Below are positions 1-10,412 of a stretch of DNA of 64,000 nucleotides, piece by piece (position 1 is the stretch's first letter; each line of letters begins with the position of its first letter). The position numbers and the translations under genes were made by a program. Source of the stretch: a virus; the IMG/VR virus record IMGVR_UViG_3300009506_000001, positions 32,001 to 96,000 of that record. One strand, given 5' to 3'. A model generated the notes under the pieces. That model saw nothing but the letters and a program-made list of their open reading frames with translations, was not told the origin of the DNA and made no database searches.

Positions 1-2
1 TT

Positions 3-827
3 TGGATTTCGATATGTGTAGATGACTGCTTTCTTACCAAACTCTATAATGTGCATCACTTGTATAGATTTAAGGATCTGAATGTTGCCAAGATCAGAAC
101 TGGATGGTAGGACTCCGGTCCCTGCTGCATAATCCAGTCCAGGTTGGTTTGTGTTAATTCCACCTGTTGCTCGATCTGGAGTTCTCAGATCCTCTGTTAG
201 AAGAGATGCTGTTTCGGCAGCGTTCCAATCCATTCCAGATTCTTCATATTCGCTTGCATAAGCATCTTCCATAATGTTTGTGATAGGACTCATCAAACGG
301 ATGTACGTATTCCACCAGCTTCCTGTTGCATCTTTCAAGTCGTCATACATTGTGATGGTTGCAGGTTGAAATTCAGAGCGTCGAAGAACCTGAGTACGGT
401 AATTGTACATATTGACTTCTTCATATTGGTAATTCATATTGGGGCGGGTCGCCTGTTTCACAAACCAATAAGGTGCACCATCAGGAAAAGCTGTGCCACC
501 AAATAGTGTCTGGAAGTCCGGATACAACTCAAACTTCGTTGCAAACATGAACGGAAATTTTGGTGGCTGCAAGGCCGAGAAGAAACTTGCATAAGGTGTT
601 GGGGGACAGCGAAGTTCATTTAGTGCACTTGAAAACTGCCCGGCTACAATATCACCACGCTTGAAAGCATTGACGCCACCTTCAATACGATCACCAATGT
701 TCTCCAGCGTTTGCTGAACATTATCATAGTCACGACGAAGATCACGGGTACGGAAAGATGGGGATCGGCCACCCAAATTGGTACCTGTTGTTGTAAAACT
801 TGTCAAACACATGCGTGGATCTGGCAT
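3..827 (-). CDS. Tail-tube-like protein (gp19/gp54-like paralog), truncated by the window edge
   Basis: Not in the ORF track. Read manually: MPDPRMCLTS...QPPKFPFMFATKFEL...FVKQATRPNMNYQYEEVNMYNYRTQVLRRSEFQPATITMYDD, a tube-fold motif. AGGAG RBS and TAAATA late promoter upstream. Confidence 0.7.
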   Translation of the reverse strand, partial: MPDPRMCLTSFTTTGTNLGGRSPSFRTRDLRRDYDNVQQTLENIGDRIEGGVNAFKRGDIVAGQFSSALNELRCPPTPYASFFSALQPPKFPFMFATKFELYPDFQTLFGGTAFPDGAPYWFVKQATRPNMNYQYEEVNMYNYRTQVLRRSEFQPATITMYDDLKDATGSWWNTYIRLMSPITNIMEDAYASEYEESGMDWNAAETASLLTEDLRTPDRATGGINTNQPGLDYAAGTGVLPSSSDLGNIQILKSIQVMHIIEFGKKAVIYTYRNP

Positions 828-870
828 ACTATCTCCTTATTGTGGGAGTATTTATGTTTGGGAACCAGGC

Positions 871-898
871 AAAAAAGAGGGTGCTTTTGCACCCTCTT
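871..898 (-). terminator. Intrinsic terminator after the tail tube gene
   Basis: Minus strand AAGAGGGTGC-AAAA-GCACCCTC-TTTTTT. Confidence 0.8.
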
Positions 899-947
899 AA
901 CCACTTCCTGTGGAGCTTTCGTCCTTGATTACTTCCTCCGTGAAGTA

Positions 948-1541
948 TTAGTTGTTATCCTGGCCTGGACCACCTGTTGCAACACCCTGACCCTGATCAT
1001 ATCCACCAATCAACTGGCGAGCATGGTCGTAGCGAATCATCATTGTGATCTTCACAGGCTCACTTCCGGAGTAATCAAGTTCACCCCAATCTATGTTTTG
1101 TAGCCAGCAACCTTCAACGAACCACTGTTCAATAACGGTTTCGTTACCATCCAGCAGGTCAAGTGTTGTAACAAACTTGTAGAGAGAACCCTCACCACGT
1201 GCTGCCAACCACTGTCCTTCAGAACCAATCAACCACTGCTGTGCCTGCTCCTGATCCTGAATGACTCTTGATGCTGTACCCGTAACGTCATCTTCAACCG
1301 TTAGTGTCATTGGCTCAAAGTTGTGCTTACCAGCAACCCAAGCGACAGAATTGTAACGGTGTAGAGGAACTTCTTCAAAGTTCAATACTGGTCGTGTAAC
1401 AGTAACAGCCTGCATTGACAGTGGCTGGGAGTCAACACCTCCACCCATGTTACTGAACGTAACACGCCATCTGTTGTTTAGCTTTGGCTGTAGAATACCA
1501 TTACCAACGCCTGGGATTCCGATATCGTTTATAGTTGCCAT
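948..1541 (-). CDS. gp19: Tail tube protein
   Basis: PKLNNRWRV, VTRPVLNFEEV, WVAGKHNFEPMTLTVEDD, ELDYS motifs; follows the sheath gene. Confidence 0.9.
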   Translation of the reverse strand: MATINDIGIPGVGNGILQPKLNNRWRVTFSNMGGGVDSQPLSMQAVTVTRPVLNFEEVPLHRYNSVAWVAGKHNFEPMTLTVEDDVTGTASRVIQDQEQAQQWLIGSEGQWLAARGEGSLYKFVTTLDLLDGNETVIEQWFVEGCWLQNIDWGELDYSGSEPVKITMMIRYDHARQLIGGYDQGQGVATGGPGQDNN

Positions 1542-1567
1542 GTCGTTTTTCCTTAAATGTTTAACAT

Positions 1568-1575
1568 TATTTATA
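1568..1575 (-). promoter_or_regulatory. T4-type late promoter TATAAATA
   Basis: Exact TATAAATA just upstream of the tube gene. Confidence 0.8.
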
Positions 1576-1595
1576 TTATCAGCGTTATCTCTCTA

Positions 1596-3812
1596 TTAGA
1601 TCTCAGCCCCAGTAGAGACGATTCTGATTGGTATATAAATGAATTCAGCAGCCTTGACTGGCTTCAATGCCACGTCAATGTACATCTCGTTACGGTCAAT
1701 ACGAGCTGGTGTATTATTTGTTTCATCACAAATCGTAGCAAAGTCATACAAACCACGCTTGACGACGATGTCGCTCAAGAATGCATCCACAACAGCCTTC
1801 AAGTTATTACGTGTTAGCTGATCGTTTGGCTGGAACACAAAGCTCATTGTATTCTTACGTAGCTGACGACGGATGTACGCAATCAGACGAGTAACATTGA
1901 TGCGGTCAAGAGCACTTGCATCTGGTGCAGATGTCTTCTGACCCCAAACCAGAATACCACGACCTGGGAAGAACGCAATTGGGTTAACATTGACAAAGTA
2001 GCGATATAGATCGTCACGCTGTCCCTGATCAACATAAGTTGGAACAAATGTTGTTGGTAGTCCGAGAGTACCGGACACATAACCAAGCTCAGATACGCCT
2101 GTAACAAGACCACGACGAGTACCTGCTGGTGCAAACCAAACCTCAGAAACGCTGTCACTGTATGCCCAAGTCTTCAGTGCTGTACCAGAAGGAGCTACAA
2201 CAATCTCCTTACCATCGACATTTGTAACAACCTGCCATGGGTAGTAGTAAGAGATCAAGTTACTTGATGCACGATCTGCTGTCTGTGCCCAAGCAACAGC
2301 CTGGGAAGGTGTCATGTAAGAAGGTGTGTCACCAATTACAACAGCCTCCTGCTTGATAGCATTGCTAACTGCTAGATCAACTAGCTCAGCATTTGTTTCC
2401 CAGTAACCTGGGCAAACGATAATGTTGTATTCAAAGTTCTCAGAGCGAACATCGCTGTTACCAACAATCTCTGCCTGTAGAGCTGTCACAATAGCCGTAC
2501 GACGGGCAGCATCGTTAGCACCTAGGCTTGTTAGGTTAAAGAACTCATGTGTGTACTTGTAGTCATCTGCAGCAGCGATCAGATCGTCTGCAGCATCCTG
2601 TGCTGTCCACTCTTCTGGGAAGGATGGATTAGAACCAGCACCTGGGAATGTACCATCGGAACCTGGACCAACTGTATCACCGTTTGCATTAATGTTATTG
2701 GTTGTACCAGAACGACCTTCGATACCAACATATGGTGGTGCAACTGCTGGCTGGTCAAAGCCGTTAGGAAATACATCCAAACCACCGGTTAGAGAGGAGT
2801 CATCCTCAAATGTTGCTTCTACGTTTGAGAAGGAATACAGAGGATAAACAACATCGGTCATTGCATCGTTTAGCAGAGATAGGTACTCGGAAGAATCAAT
2901 TGTCTCCTTGTAACCATCAACACCGGTTGTAGTTGTTGCTGTGTAGCCATCTGGGCTACCTGGAACCATTGTCTGGAAGAAGCCAGGAGTTGTCATAACA
3001 ACAGATGTGCTAGAACCTAGCTCTGTACCACCACCGTTAACAGCATCGCTCTTGATCTGGATGGCACCAGATACTAGTGTTGCTGTTGCAGCAGAGCCAA
3101 GCTGGGCATTAATGTCATTTAGTAGCGATCCAACATTGTGAACGTCTGGAGAACCTGCTGGTGTACCACCTGGGGAACCAACACCTGGAAGTGGGGAACC
3201 TGTTGGTGCACTCAAAGTTAGGACAATTGGAGTACCATCAACAGTAACTGTGGCTGTATCACCTGCAACAACGTTTAGCACTGTTGCATTTGTCAAAGCT
3301 GCCGTGTAAGATAAAGTAACGTAGGCATTTACCCAAGGATCACCTGGGAACTTCTGGTTTGTTAGGTTTGTCTCTGTAAGGTAAGTATTGACAAGGTTTT
3401 CCAATACAAAGGAAGCTTCCGTAACCTTCGTATCCCAAAGGGTGCGAAGATTGTCAATGTTGTCATCAAGGTTAACATTTGCACGAACCACATATGCAAG
3501 GGAACCCTGATTCAAATACTGTTGCAGAGCAGCCAGACCGTACTCGTTACGAGCATCGCCATCGTGACGGTTTCCAGAAGAATCTTCTAGGAAAGCTGGA
3601 ACACCGTAAAGTTCCAGAGCTGTCTTCTGAGAAGTAACGGTTCGAACAACACCACTCTCATAAGTGCCTGGTGCTGGCGTCACACCGTCCTGCTGGACTT
3701 TTTCATCCTGTGTTGCGATGAAGAACAAAGGAACTGTGGAAGAGCCTGCTGGAATGAAAAAGCTCTCATCAGTTACCGTTACACTTACACCTGGGCTTAC
3801 TAATGTTGCCAT
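1596..3812 (-). CDS. gp18: Contractile tail sheath protein with an inserted surface domain
   Basis: MATLVSPGVSV start; WFAPAG..RG, WGQKT, LDRINVTRL, ICDETNNTP..IDRN, KPVKAAEFIYIP motifs. Confidence 0.96.
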   Translation of the reverse strand: MATLVSPGVSVTVTDESFFIPAGSSTVPLFFIATQDEKVQQDGVTPAPGTYESGVVRTVTSQKTALELYGVPAFLEDSSGNRHDGDARNEYGLAALQQYLNQGSLAYVVRANVNLDDNIDNLRTLWDTKVTEASFVLENLVNTYLTETNLTNQKFPGDPWVNAYVTLSYTAALTNATVLNVVAGDTATVTVDGTPIVLTLSAPTGSPLPGVGSPGGTPAGSPDVHNVGSLLNDINAQLGSAATATLVSGAIQIKSDAVNGGGTELGSSTSVVMTTPGFFQTMVPGSPDGYTATTTTGVDGYKETIDSSEYLSLLNDAMTDVVYPLYSFSNVEATFEDDSSLTGGLDVFPNGFDQPAVAPPYVGIEGRSGTTNNINANGDTVGPGSDGTFPGAGSNPSFPEEWTAQDAADDLIAAADDYKYTHEFFNLTSLGANDAARRTAIVTALQAEIVGNSDVRSENFEYNIIVCPGYWETNAELVDLAVSNAIKQEAVVIGDTPSYMTPSQAVAWAQTADRASSNLISYYYPWQVVTNVDGKEIVVAPSGTALKTWAYSDSVSEVWFAPAGTRRGLVTGVSELGYVSGTLGLPTTFVPTYVDQGQRDDLYRYFVNVNPIAFFPGRGILVWGQKTSAPDASALDRINVTRLIAYIRRQLRKNTMSFVFQPNDQLTRNNLKAVVDAFLSDIVVKRGLYDFATICDETNNTPARIDRNEMYIDVALKPVKAAEFIYIPIRIVSTGAEI

Positions 3813-3867
3813 TTTTGTTTCTCCTTACTAGAAATCCTTTACTTTGTATTGTTTAAGATTGTACCTA

Positions 3868-3875
3868 TATTTATA
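3868..3875 (-). promoter_or_regulatory. T4-type late promoter TATAAATA
   Basis: Exact motif upstream of the sheath gene. Confidence 0.8.
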
Positions 3876-3884
3876 TGCGGGACC

Positions 3885-4655
3885 TTAAAAGTCGGGCAAA
3901 TCCAACGTGTCACCGTCAAACCACAGCTCATATCCAATTCCCTGTGCATCCAATTCGGCAACCATTTCCTCGTTTGTTATTGCTGCGTTACTTACGGTGC
4001 CAATTCTGGCGTAAATGTCCTTAACAAACTCATCCTTGAGATTTGCTGGTGCTGATATCCAAATTGGAACCGTAAAAGTCAAATTACTGATCAGCATTCG
4101 ACGATCTGTACCAATAGGGTAATTATCCTCATAATCAACGCCAGTTAGCTCAACTGTTGTTAGTTTGGTCCAATCAAACATTGAATCGTTTATTTGAATT
4201 TGCACAATAGGGTCAAAGACCATCAGCAGCTGTTCCAGAATCTGATAACGCTGTTCGTGGTTGCTTGCCCAGATTGCAACGTTTGTGGTTAGCTTGTACG
4301 GAATAGGCATCTGCTGACGAACAGCTGTAATGTCATCTGGAATAGCACCACCACGTGGCAAATACGTGTTACGACGAACTTGTCCAACACCTTTTCGCAT
4401 GTCGGGGGCGAGTTCAATTCCCGCAACGTTGGCACTCATGATTGGAAGGCGAATAGGTTTATTCTGAGTAAACTGGCCTTTAATCCAAGCCACAACACGA
4501 TCTCTATTACCAAACATAATTGGAACAGAAATAAGCTCCTCCTCGTCAGATCGATCGCTCTTTCCAACAGCCACCTGCAACCCTGCAAATATTGCCATAA
4601 ACTGCAACATGTACTTTTTAATTTGCTGATCGTAATAGTAGTGTTTAATTGCCAT
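3885..4655 (-). CDS. gp15: Tail sheath stabilizer / tail terminator
   Basis: HYYYDQQIKKY..F, VPIMFG, PIPYKL, QILEQLL..F.P pattern; synteny. Confidence 0.8.
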   Translation of the reverse strand: MAIKHYYYDQQIKKYMLQFMAIFAGLQVAVGKSDRSDEEELISVPIMFGNRDRVVAWIKGQFTQNKPIRLPIMSANVAGIELAPDMRKGVGQVRRNTYLPRGGAIPDDITAVRQQMPIPYKLTTNVAIWASNHEQRYQILEQLLMVFDPIVQIQINDSMFDWTKLTTVELTGVDYEDNYPIGTDRRMLISNLTFTVPIWISAPANLKDEFVKDIYARIGTVSNAAITNEEMVAELDAQGIGYELWFDGDTLDLPDF

Positions 4656-4664
4656 GCTAATACC

Positions 4665-6338
4665 TTACTTTGCTATATCATCTGATGGTGTTCGTGTTGA
4701 GCTTCCAAGGAACTCCTGTAAAACTGGTTTCGTCATATCAGATGCTGAACGCTTATCGGATTCCATGAATACCCATCTGCCCTTTGCAACTGAATACCTA
4801 AACAGCCGTGCTGGAATTGATGCATCGTAACCTGTGTAAGTTAAACGGTGCCAGTCACCGTCCGATGGACTTGCTGGCATTACATCGCCTTCTGTGTATG
4901 GCAAACCATTTGGTGGTAGACCATCCTGCACATATAATTGTTTTGGGTTTAGACCTATGTTACGCAATCCTTGAGCCGCACCTCTTTGCTGAGCCTCTGC
5001 TGCCTCCAACTGTGCTTCACTAAATTGGGTGACATCAGCCGGATCAACGCCTCTTTCGGGTAAATCATTTTGATCGGACGCTGTCTGTTCAACAGTCTGT
5101 GAAATATCCGAGTAATCCTGAAAGATAGGGTGTAGACCGTCGTCCATACCATGAGTCTGGTCGAAGTTCTGGAGGTAACCTGTACCGTCGTCATATCCTT
5201 CTAATCCACCAAATATGTCTGCTGTCTCTTCCGTTGCAAGCATTGGGGCAACAATGACACGTTGCAACAGTGGCTGCCAACCAGGCGTGTATCCATCCGT
5301 TGCCCATGCAATGTCAGTCACCTCCATATACTTCTTGATAGGCTCAAGAGTTGGTGTGTACTGTTGCTCACTTGGCATCTCTATGATATCACCAATAACC
5401 AAAGGACGACCAAGAACCTTAACCACAGCATTGAAGCTGACTGTCAAGTAAAATGTCTGCGATGGTAACTCAATACCAAATCGAGCCATATCAGATTGGA
5501 CATCCAACAAGTCATATGATGCTTTTATTTCAACACTTTGATCAGCATAATCACGATCTCGGTTCTCATGCCAGATCTTATCTTGGATGTCATCGATTGT
5601 TGTTAGGTCGTAATCAAACATCTCAAGGGCTTGTACAGCCCAAGGATCACTTGCACCACCATTAAATTCTACTGGACGCAACCTCCAGTACCGCATTGGA
5701 ACTGTGTTGTTGAATCGAATTGTATTCCAACAATCATCATCGGGAAGTGTTAGGAGAGCAGCACCATACCACTTAATCTTGTCCGCAGATCGTTCAAGCC
5801 GAATCTTTGTAGCTCGGTTAACAGCATTTGCCCCCTGTTTAATCTTGATCGATGCAACGTTATGCTTAATGGATGTATCAACACCATAACGAGCACGGCC
5901 ATTGTCAAGTCTTATTTCACCAAAGTCATAGCCGATGTATGCTGATACAGTAACACCAGATCCTTTTTGTGCAGATCGCCATTCCGTTGTGTACGTGGTG
6001 AATGCTTGTTCTTTTGGAAACCCTGTTTGATCACCACTTGAAATAGCGGATCCATTTTCTGTTAAGTCAACGAGACGACCCTGCTCATGTACACCAAGCA
6101 GCTTGAATACATTGATATCTGCACCACCAATCTGAAGGTTCTCCTCAACTACGTCATCTATGAAGCAGTTATCTCGGTTTTTAGACAACTCCCAAGGCTT
6201 ACAAGTAGCACCGTGGTTGGATGTTGGACAGCCATCACTAGTGCAGCTTCCTGTATCTTCCTCGGGTGTTGTTCCGATTAGATTTCCTTCGTCATCGTAT
6301 TCGGCTGAGCAGATTGAGTCGTTATCGCAATTTGCCAT
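4665..6338 (-). CDS. Neck/head-completion protein (gp14-like) with an inserted discoidin (F5/8C)-like domain and Cys-rich N-terminus
   Basis: IQDKIWHENRDRDY, DMARFGI, LGRPLVIGDIIEMP; insert with YIGYDFG...RYWRLRP...WAVQALEMF. Confidence 0.7.
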   Translation of the reverse strand: MANCDNDSICSAEYDDEGNLIGTTPEEDTGSCTSDGCPTSNHGATCKPWELSKNRDNCFIDDVVEENLQIGGADINVFKLLGVHEQGRLVDLTENGSAISSGDQTGFPKEQAFTTYTTEWRSAQKGSGVTVSAYIGYDFGEIRLDNGRARYGVDTSIKHNVASIKIKQGANAVNRATKIRLERSADKIKWYGAALLTLPDDDCWNTIRFNNTVPMRYWRLRPVEFNGGASDPWAVQALEMFDYDLTTIDDIQDKIWHENRDRDYADQSVEIKASYDLLDVQSDMARFGIELPSQTFYLTVSFNAVVKVLGRPLVIGDIIEMPSEQQYTPTLEPIKKYMEVTDIAWATDGYTPGWQPLLQRVIVAPMLATEETADIFGGLEGYDDGTGYLQNFDQTHGMDDGLHPIFQDYSDISQTVEQTASDQNDLPERGVDPADVTQFSEAQLEAAEAQQRGAAQGLRNIGLNPKQLYVQDGLPPNGLPYTEGDVMPASPSDGDWHRLTYTGYDASIPARLFRYSVAKGRWVFMESDKRSASDMTKPVLQEFLGSSTRTPSDDIAK

Positions 6339-6784
6339 TACATTACATCCGTATCACCGTCATAGTGCTCTTCGTGTTCCTCTGCATCTTTCTTTGTTTT
6401 ACGAACTGTATTCTTTAGGTGGTTAGGTGGTGAATAAATTGTGTAGACTTTTAGGTCTTCATCACCATCATTCACAAGGTTGTGCTCTGTGCCCTGTGGG
6501 ACAACGAAAGCAAACCCATCACTGATCTGCTCTTCCTTACCATTCAGGATGACTTTACCTTTACCTTTCTCCACTCTGATAAACTGATCAATTGCTTCGT
6601 GCACTTCCATTCCAATGTCACCACCTGGTGGAATGCTCATTACAACCACTTGTAGATTTCGTGCGGTAAACAGAACTCGACGATAGTCATCATTTTTGAT
6701 TGTATCTTTCTCGATATCGGTAACAAAGTGATCGTGCCCCTTCTCACCTTTGATTGCTTTTTCAAATAGGTCCCAGAGATGCAT
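6338..6784 (-). CDS. Cupin-domain protein (mannose-6-phosphate-isomerase-like) with a short N-terminal leader
   Basis: IGMEVHEAIDQFIRVEKG and VPQGTEHNLVN cupin motifs. Confidence 0.88.
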   Translation of the reverse strand: MHLWDLFEKAIKGEKGHDHFVTDIEKDTIKNDDYRRVLFTARNLQVVVMSIPPGGDIGMEVHEAIDQFIRVEKGKGKVILNGKEEQISDGFAFVVPQGTEHNLVNDGDEDLKVYTIYSPPNHLKNTVRKTKKDAEEHEEHYDGDTDVM

Positions 6785-7011
6785 TATTTTATCCTCTTTT
6801 CTAAGTCACGAAGTGCTTTTGACTTCTTCTTTTTCTTTTCTTTTTGCTCACACCAGTCACGGTCTTTGCAGAATTTGTTTGGTAAAGGGGCATTCACATC
6901 ACCATAGTGCTGCAACATTGATGCTGGAGTAGGACGGGAGGCATCCGGTCCCGATGCTGGAACACCTCCACCGCCCCAATCCTGTCCTTCTATAATCTCG
7001 TGCAGTTTCAT
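6784..7011 (-). CDS. Small basic protein, possible internal head protein
   Basis: Translationally coupled with its neighbours; MKLHEIIE leader; Lys-rich C-terminus. Confidence 0.6.
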   Translation of the reverse strand: MKLHEIIEGQDWGGGGVPASGPDASRPTPASMLQHYGDVNAPLPNKFCKDRDWCEQKEKKKKKSKALRDLEKRIK

Positions 7012-7012
7012 G

Positions 7013-10000
7013 TTAACCTATGATAAACTCGTTGTGCATGCCGTACTCTTCGACATTGTTTGTGACGTTGTCCATGATTTCCTGTAGCAACAGTTCTTGC
7101 TCATCCTTTGCTTCCTGTGCTAGATCAGAGGCATTCAAGGAAACACCACCACCTGCACCTGGCAACGAACCATACTTACCACGGATCTGTGCAAGCATCT
7201 TCTTGCATTCAGATACTGCCCATCTTTCAATCCAACGTCCCGTGAAGCGATCAGTTAGTAGCTCCTGCTCTGTTCTTTCTACTGCCACGTCCATTAAGAT
7301 TGTTTCACCTATTGAAAATCTCTGATGTAGTGTTAGTGCACGAGCTGCTTCATTCCAATGGAATCCTAAACGGGAAGCAAATAGATGTTCCATCTGTTCA
7401 ATGTATTCACTCACCAAATGGAAACTTAACAGATCAAACGTTCCCATGTTGTACAAGTGCTGAAGAACAACCTGACCAAATACACCTGAACCGTGTGCAC
7501 TTGACAAGAAAGCAGAAGTAACACGGAAGCAACCCATAACCTGAACAATCTTATCAAAGCCATACTGTCCATCAGGCAACGTGTAACCCTGTCCTTCATT
7601 ATCATCGTCTGCATCTGGTTTTGTTAGCTTATAGATTTGCTTGCCTGGCTCAATGTACAGCTTCATGAAACCACGATGATAACCAGAACCACTATGTCGA
7701 CGCAATTCCTTCAAAGCAATATCAATTGCCTTGTACATCTGGTTCTTTGTTAGCTCCACTTCTACAGTTGGATAGCCAAGCAAGAACAAAATCTCATTCA
7801 TCATCTCACGACGCTCATCCTGAGATCCATCTGTACCAATACCCTCCTGTTCGTAAGAAGGGATGCAAGATAGTCCATCTGTACCTGCCAATGGGCAGTG
7901 AATTGTTGGCTGTGGACTGAATGCAAACATCAATTCGTTTAGGTTTGGATCTTTCGATAGATCAACCAATGAATCATTACCGGTTGAACCAGTTGTGAAA
8001 ACAATCGTTGTGGATGATGCAATGGCTGCGGTTGCAATAGCAGAGGCCGCAACCCATGTTGTTCCATCCCATTCCTTCAAGGTATTTGTTGCCAAATCAA
8101 ACCACAAATCACCCGTATCTGGTGTCAATGGTGTCGTACTGAAGATAATGTTAACCCAGTTTGTACCATTCCACATCGACAGCGTAGAGTGTTGTGTATC
8201 ATACCAGAAGGTTCCTGCAGGGAGCGTTGCCTGTGAAGGATCATCTGGAGAATCCACTGGATTAAACTCTACCCATGCCCCTGCAACAAGCTCTGACCAT
8301 TCTCCTGTTGTTGGATTATACCATACCGTTCCATTTGCAACAGAGGTTGGATCAGTTGGAGATGAAATGAATGTAGCCTCTTGCCACTTTGTACCATCCC
8401 AAACATACATGAGCTCTGTTGCACTGCTGTACCAAACGACCCCTGCTGGGAGAGCAATATCAGCTGTTGGATCAAGCGTACTTTGTGTGAAACTTACAAC
8501 TGGTACCCATGCACCTGCAACTGAGTCCCAAACATTTAGTACGTCTGTGTCAGAGTTCCACCACGTATCACAAGACTCTATGTCAGTTGGATCTACACCA
8601 TAGACGATTGCACACTGAGAAACCCAAGCTGTATTTGCTCCATTACGTTGGAACACTTCACCATCATTGTTAACCCAATACTGATTAGCAGTTGGACTCG
8701 TAGGTTTTGCTCCAACCGTCAATAGCTCACCTATAACTGTTGATCCTGTAGAGCTGTAGTCGGCAAGCGATGTAAACAAGTTTCCACCAGCTGTGATTAC
8801 TGGCTCCGACTCATCTGCACTAATTAGTCGAACTGTTGTTGATGGCTGCGAACCAACAAAACCAATTGTTGCAAGTAAATTAAGTGGTGACTGATCGCCC
8901 AGCTGAGCATTAATAGCTGCGAATACTTTATCAAATCGACCATCGGTTGCATTGCAGACGTTTACAACAATGTTGAAAACCTCACCACCAACAGTAATTG
9001 TTTCGGTGTACTCACCAACTGCCAATGCCAAGTCACTTGCAGAGTGTCCTGCACCAAGTGTAAAGTCAATGTAACTTCTTCCGATTGGATTCCAGATTCC
9101 AACAACCGGTGTATCATATTGCCACAATAGGCTATTGATATCATCAAACCAATATGTACCAGCCGTTAATGCTGTTGGATCTTCGTTCCAGTATAAAGCT
9201 TCGATTTCTTCCCACGTGCAAGTGTCTTCGTTGTATTGGCGAAGGAGAAGGTCTGTAGGATTATACCAATAGTAACCACAGTTGGCTGTAACACCAACTG
9301 ATGGATCTGTTGTCTGGTCATATAGTGTATCTTCACACCATACGTTACCACACCAATGGAATGCTGCTGATGGGGATCCTGAACGGTACCAATAGTCGGT
9401 CCCACTCAAGTTTACTGTTAGTAGTGGATCCTTTGAGTATCGTAGAATCTGACTCTCAGGGATTACATCCCAAGAAGCACCATTCCACTGATATAGAATA
9501 TCATCGTCATTGTCATACCAGTAATTGCCAACTGCTAGTGCGGTTGGATCCGTAGGCTCATTAAGCACAGGGATTTCAGTGTGCTCATAGCCATCCCACT
9601 GATAGAGGACACCTGTTGTTGTATTATAATAGTAGGAGTTTGTATTAGGTGGTATAGTACTCTGTGGAGCCGTTGTAAGCTGTTCCAATTGAACATTAAT
9701 GGCATCAATAAGATCTGCATATGTCTGTGCATCGGAACCATTTACAATAATTGTGTACTCTGTGCCATCGATCTCCATTAACATGGAGTAGTCTCGACCA
9801 GCTGTCAATCCTGTTCCATCCGTTGGCTCAAAAGCAGTTGCCCATTCAACAGTAACTGTACCAGCTGTATCTGGTGTGCTCTGCAAACACTTGTCTAGGG
9901 AGTAGGCATATACACCTTCGCAGTGATAACGGTTTTCACAATCAACAGCATAAGCATTGACGAAATATGCAACACCTTCTTGCATGCCTGTGATATCAAG

Positions 10001-10354
10001 AGTCGTGGTAAAGGTTCCACCTGTACCTTTTTCAACGCATTCGTAGAAGGCACCAACCACCAGAGCTGTCCCAATAACATCTCCTACGTGCAGATCGCTG
10101 TCTGCTGTTGGATCGGCAGTATATTGCGTTCCATTCGTTGGACACGGCGTATCACGGTTTGCACCAACAGTATCGATTGTGATAACGATACCACCGTAAG
10201 CCTGATTTTCAGATGTACACCCTAATGCTGGAGGTGGAATGTTCCACGAAATACGACCAGTTGTAGCACTCGTACGATCGAGTGTTACTGTGATTTCACG
10301 GCCCTCTTGAATGATCAGGTTTGGTGCATCAGCAAAAGCGTCAAATGTTCCCAT
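7013..10354 (-). CDS. Neck protein (gp13-like C-terminus) with a large Trp-rich repeat N-terminal region
   Basis: C-terminal LGYPTVEVEL, IRGKYGSLPG.GG.VSLN, FIIG end; many W(Y/F)xxxxxLxxWxG repeats. Confidence 0.8.
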   Translation of the reverse strand: MGTFDAFADAPNLIIQEGREITVTLDRTSATTGRISWNIPPPALGCTSENQAYGGIVITIDTVGANRDTPCPTNGTQYTADPTADSDLHVGDVIGTALVVGAFYECVEKGTGGTFTTTLDITGMQEGVAYFVNAYAVDCENRYHCEGVYAYSLDKCLQSTPDTAGTVTVEWATAFEPTDGTGLTAGRDYSMLMEIDGTEYTIIVNGSDAQTYADLIDAINVQLEQLTTAPQSTIPPNTNSYYYNTTTGVLYQWDGYEHTEIPVLNEPTDPTALAVGNYWYDNDDDILYQWNGASWDVIPESQILRYSKDPLLTVNLSGTDYWYRSGSPSAAFHWCGNVWCEDTLYDQTTDPSVGVTANCGYYWYNPTDLLLRQYNEDTCTWEEIEALYWNEDPTALTAGTYWFDDINSLLWQYDTPVVGIWNPIGRSYIDFTLGAGHSASDLALAVGEYTETITVGGEVFNIVVNVCNATDGRFDKVFAAINAQLGDQSPLNLLATIGFVGSQPSTTVRLISADESEPVITAGGNLFTSLADYSSTGSTVIGELLTVGAKPTSPTANQYWVNNDGEVFQRNGANTAWVSQCAIVYGVDPTDIESCDTWWNSDTDVLNVWDSVAGAWVPVVSFTQSTLDPTADIALPAGVVWYSSATELMYVWDGTKWQEATFISSPTDPTSVANGTVWYNPTTGEWSELVAGAWVEFNPVDSPDDPSQATLPAGTFWYDTQHSTLSMWNGTNWVNIIFSTTPLTPDTGDLWFDLATNTLKEWDGTTWVAASAIATAAIASSTTIVFTTGSTGNDSLVDLSKDPNLNELMFAFSPQPTIHCPLAGTDGLSCIPSYEQEGIGTDGSQDERREMMNEILFLLGYPTVEVELTKNQMYKAIDIALKELRRHSGSGYHRGFMKLYIEPGKQIYKLTKPDADDDNEGQGYTLPDGQYGFDKIVQVMGCFRVTSAFLSSAHGSGVFGQVVLQHLYNMGTFDLLSFHLVSEYIEQMEHLFASRLGFHWNEAARALTLHQRFSIGETILMDVAVERTEQELLTDRFTGRWIERWAVSECKKMLAQIRGKYGSLPGAGGGVSLNASDLAQEAKDEQELLLQEIMDNVTNNVEEYGMHNEFIIG

Positions 10355-10379
10355 AGATTATACTCCTAGTATGCAGGAG

Positions 10380-10387
10380 TATTTATG
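10380..10387 (-). promoter_or_regulatory. Late promoter (CATAAATA)
   Basis: TAAATA core upstream of the neck gene RBS. Confidence 0.65.
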
Positions 10388-10412
10388 CGGAGTTATGAAA
10401 AGACTTGGGGTG

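Noticed and set aside
7995-8603. Long antisense or alternate-frame ORFs (e.g. 7995-8603, 18142-18615, 20097-20615, 61580-62131)
   Set aside because: These are shadows of real genes caused by codon bias, with no RBS or recognisable motifs.
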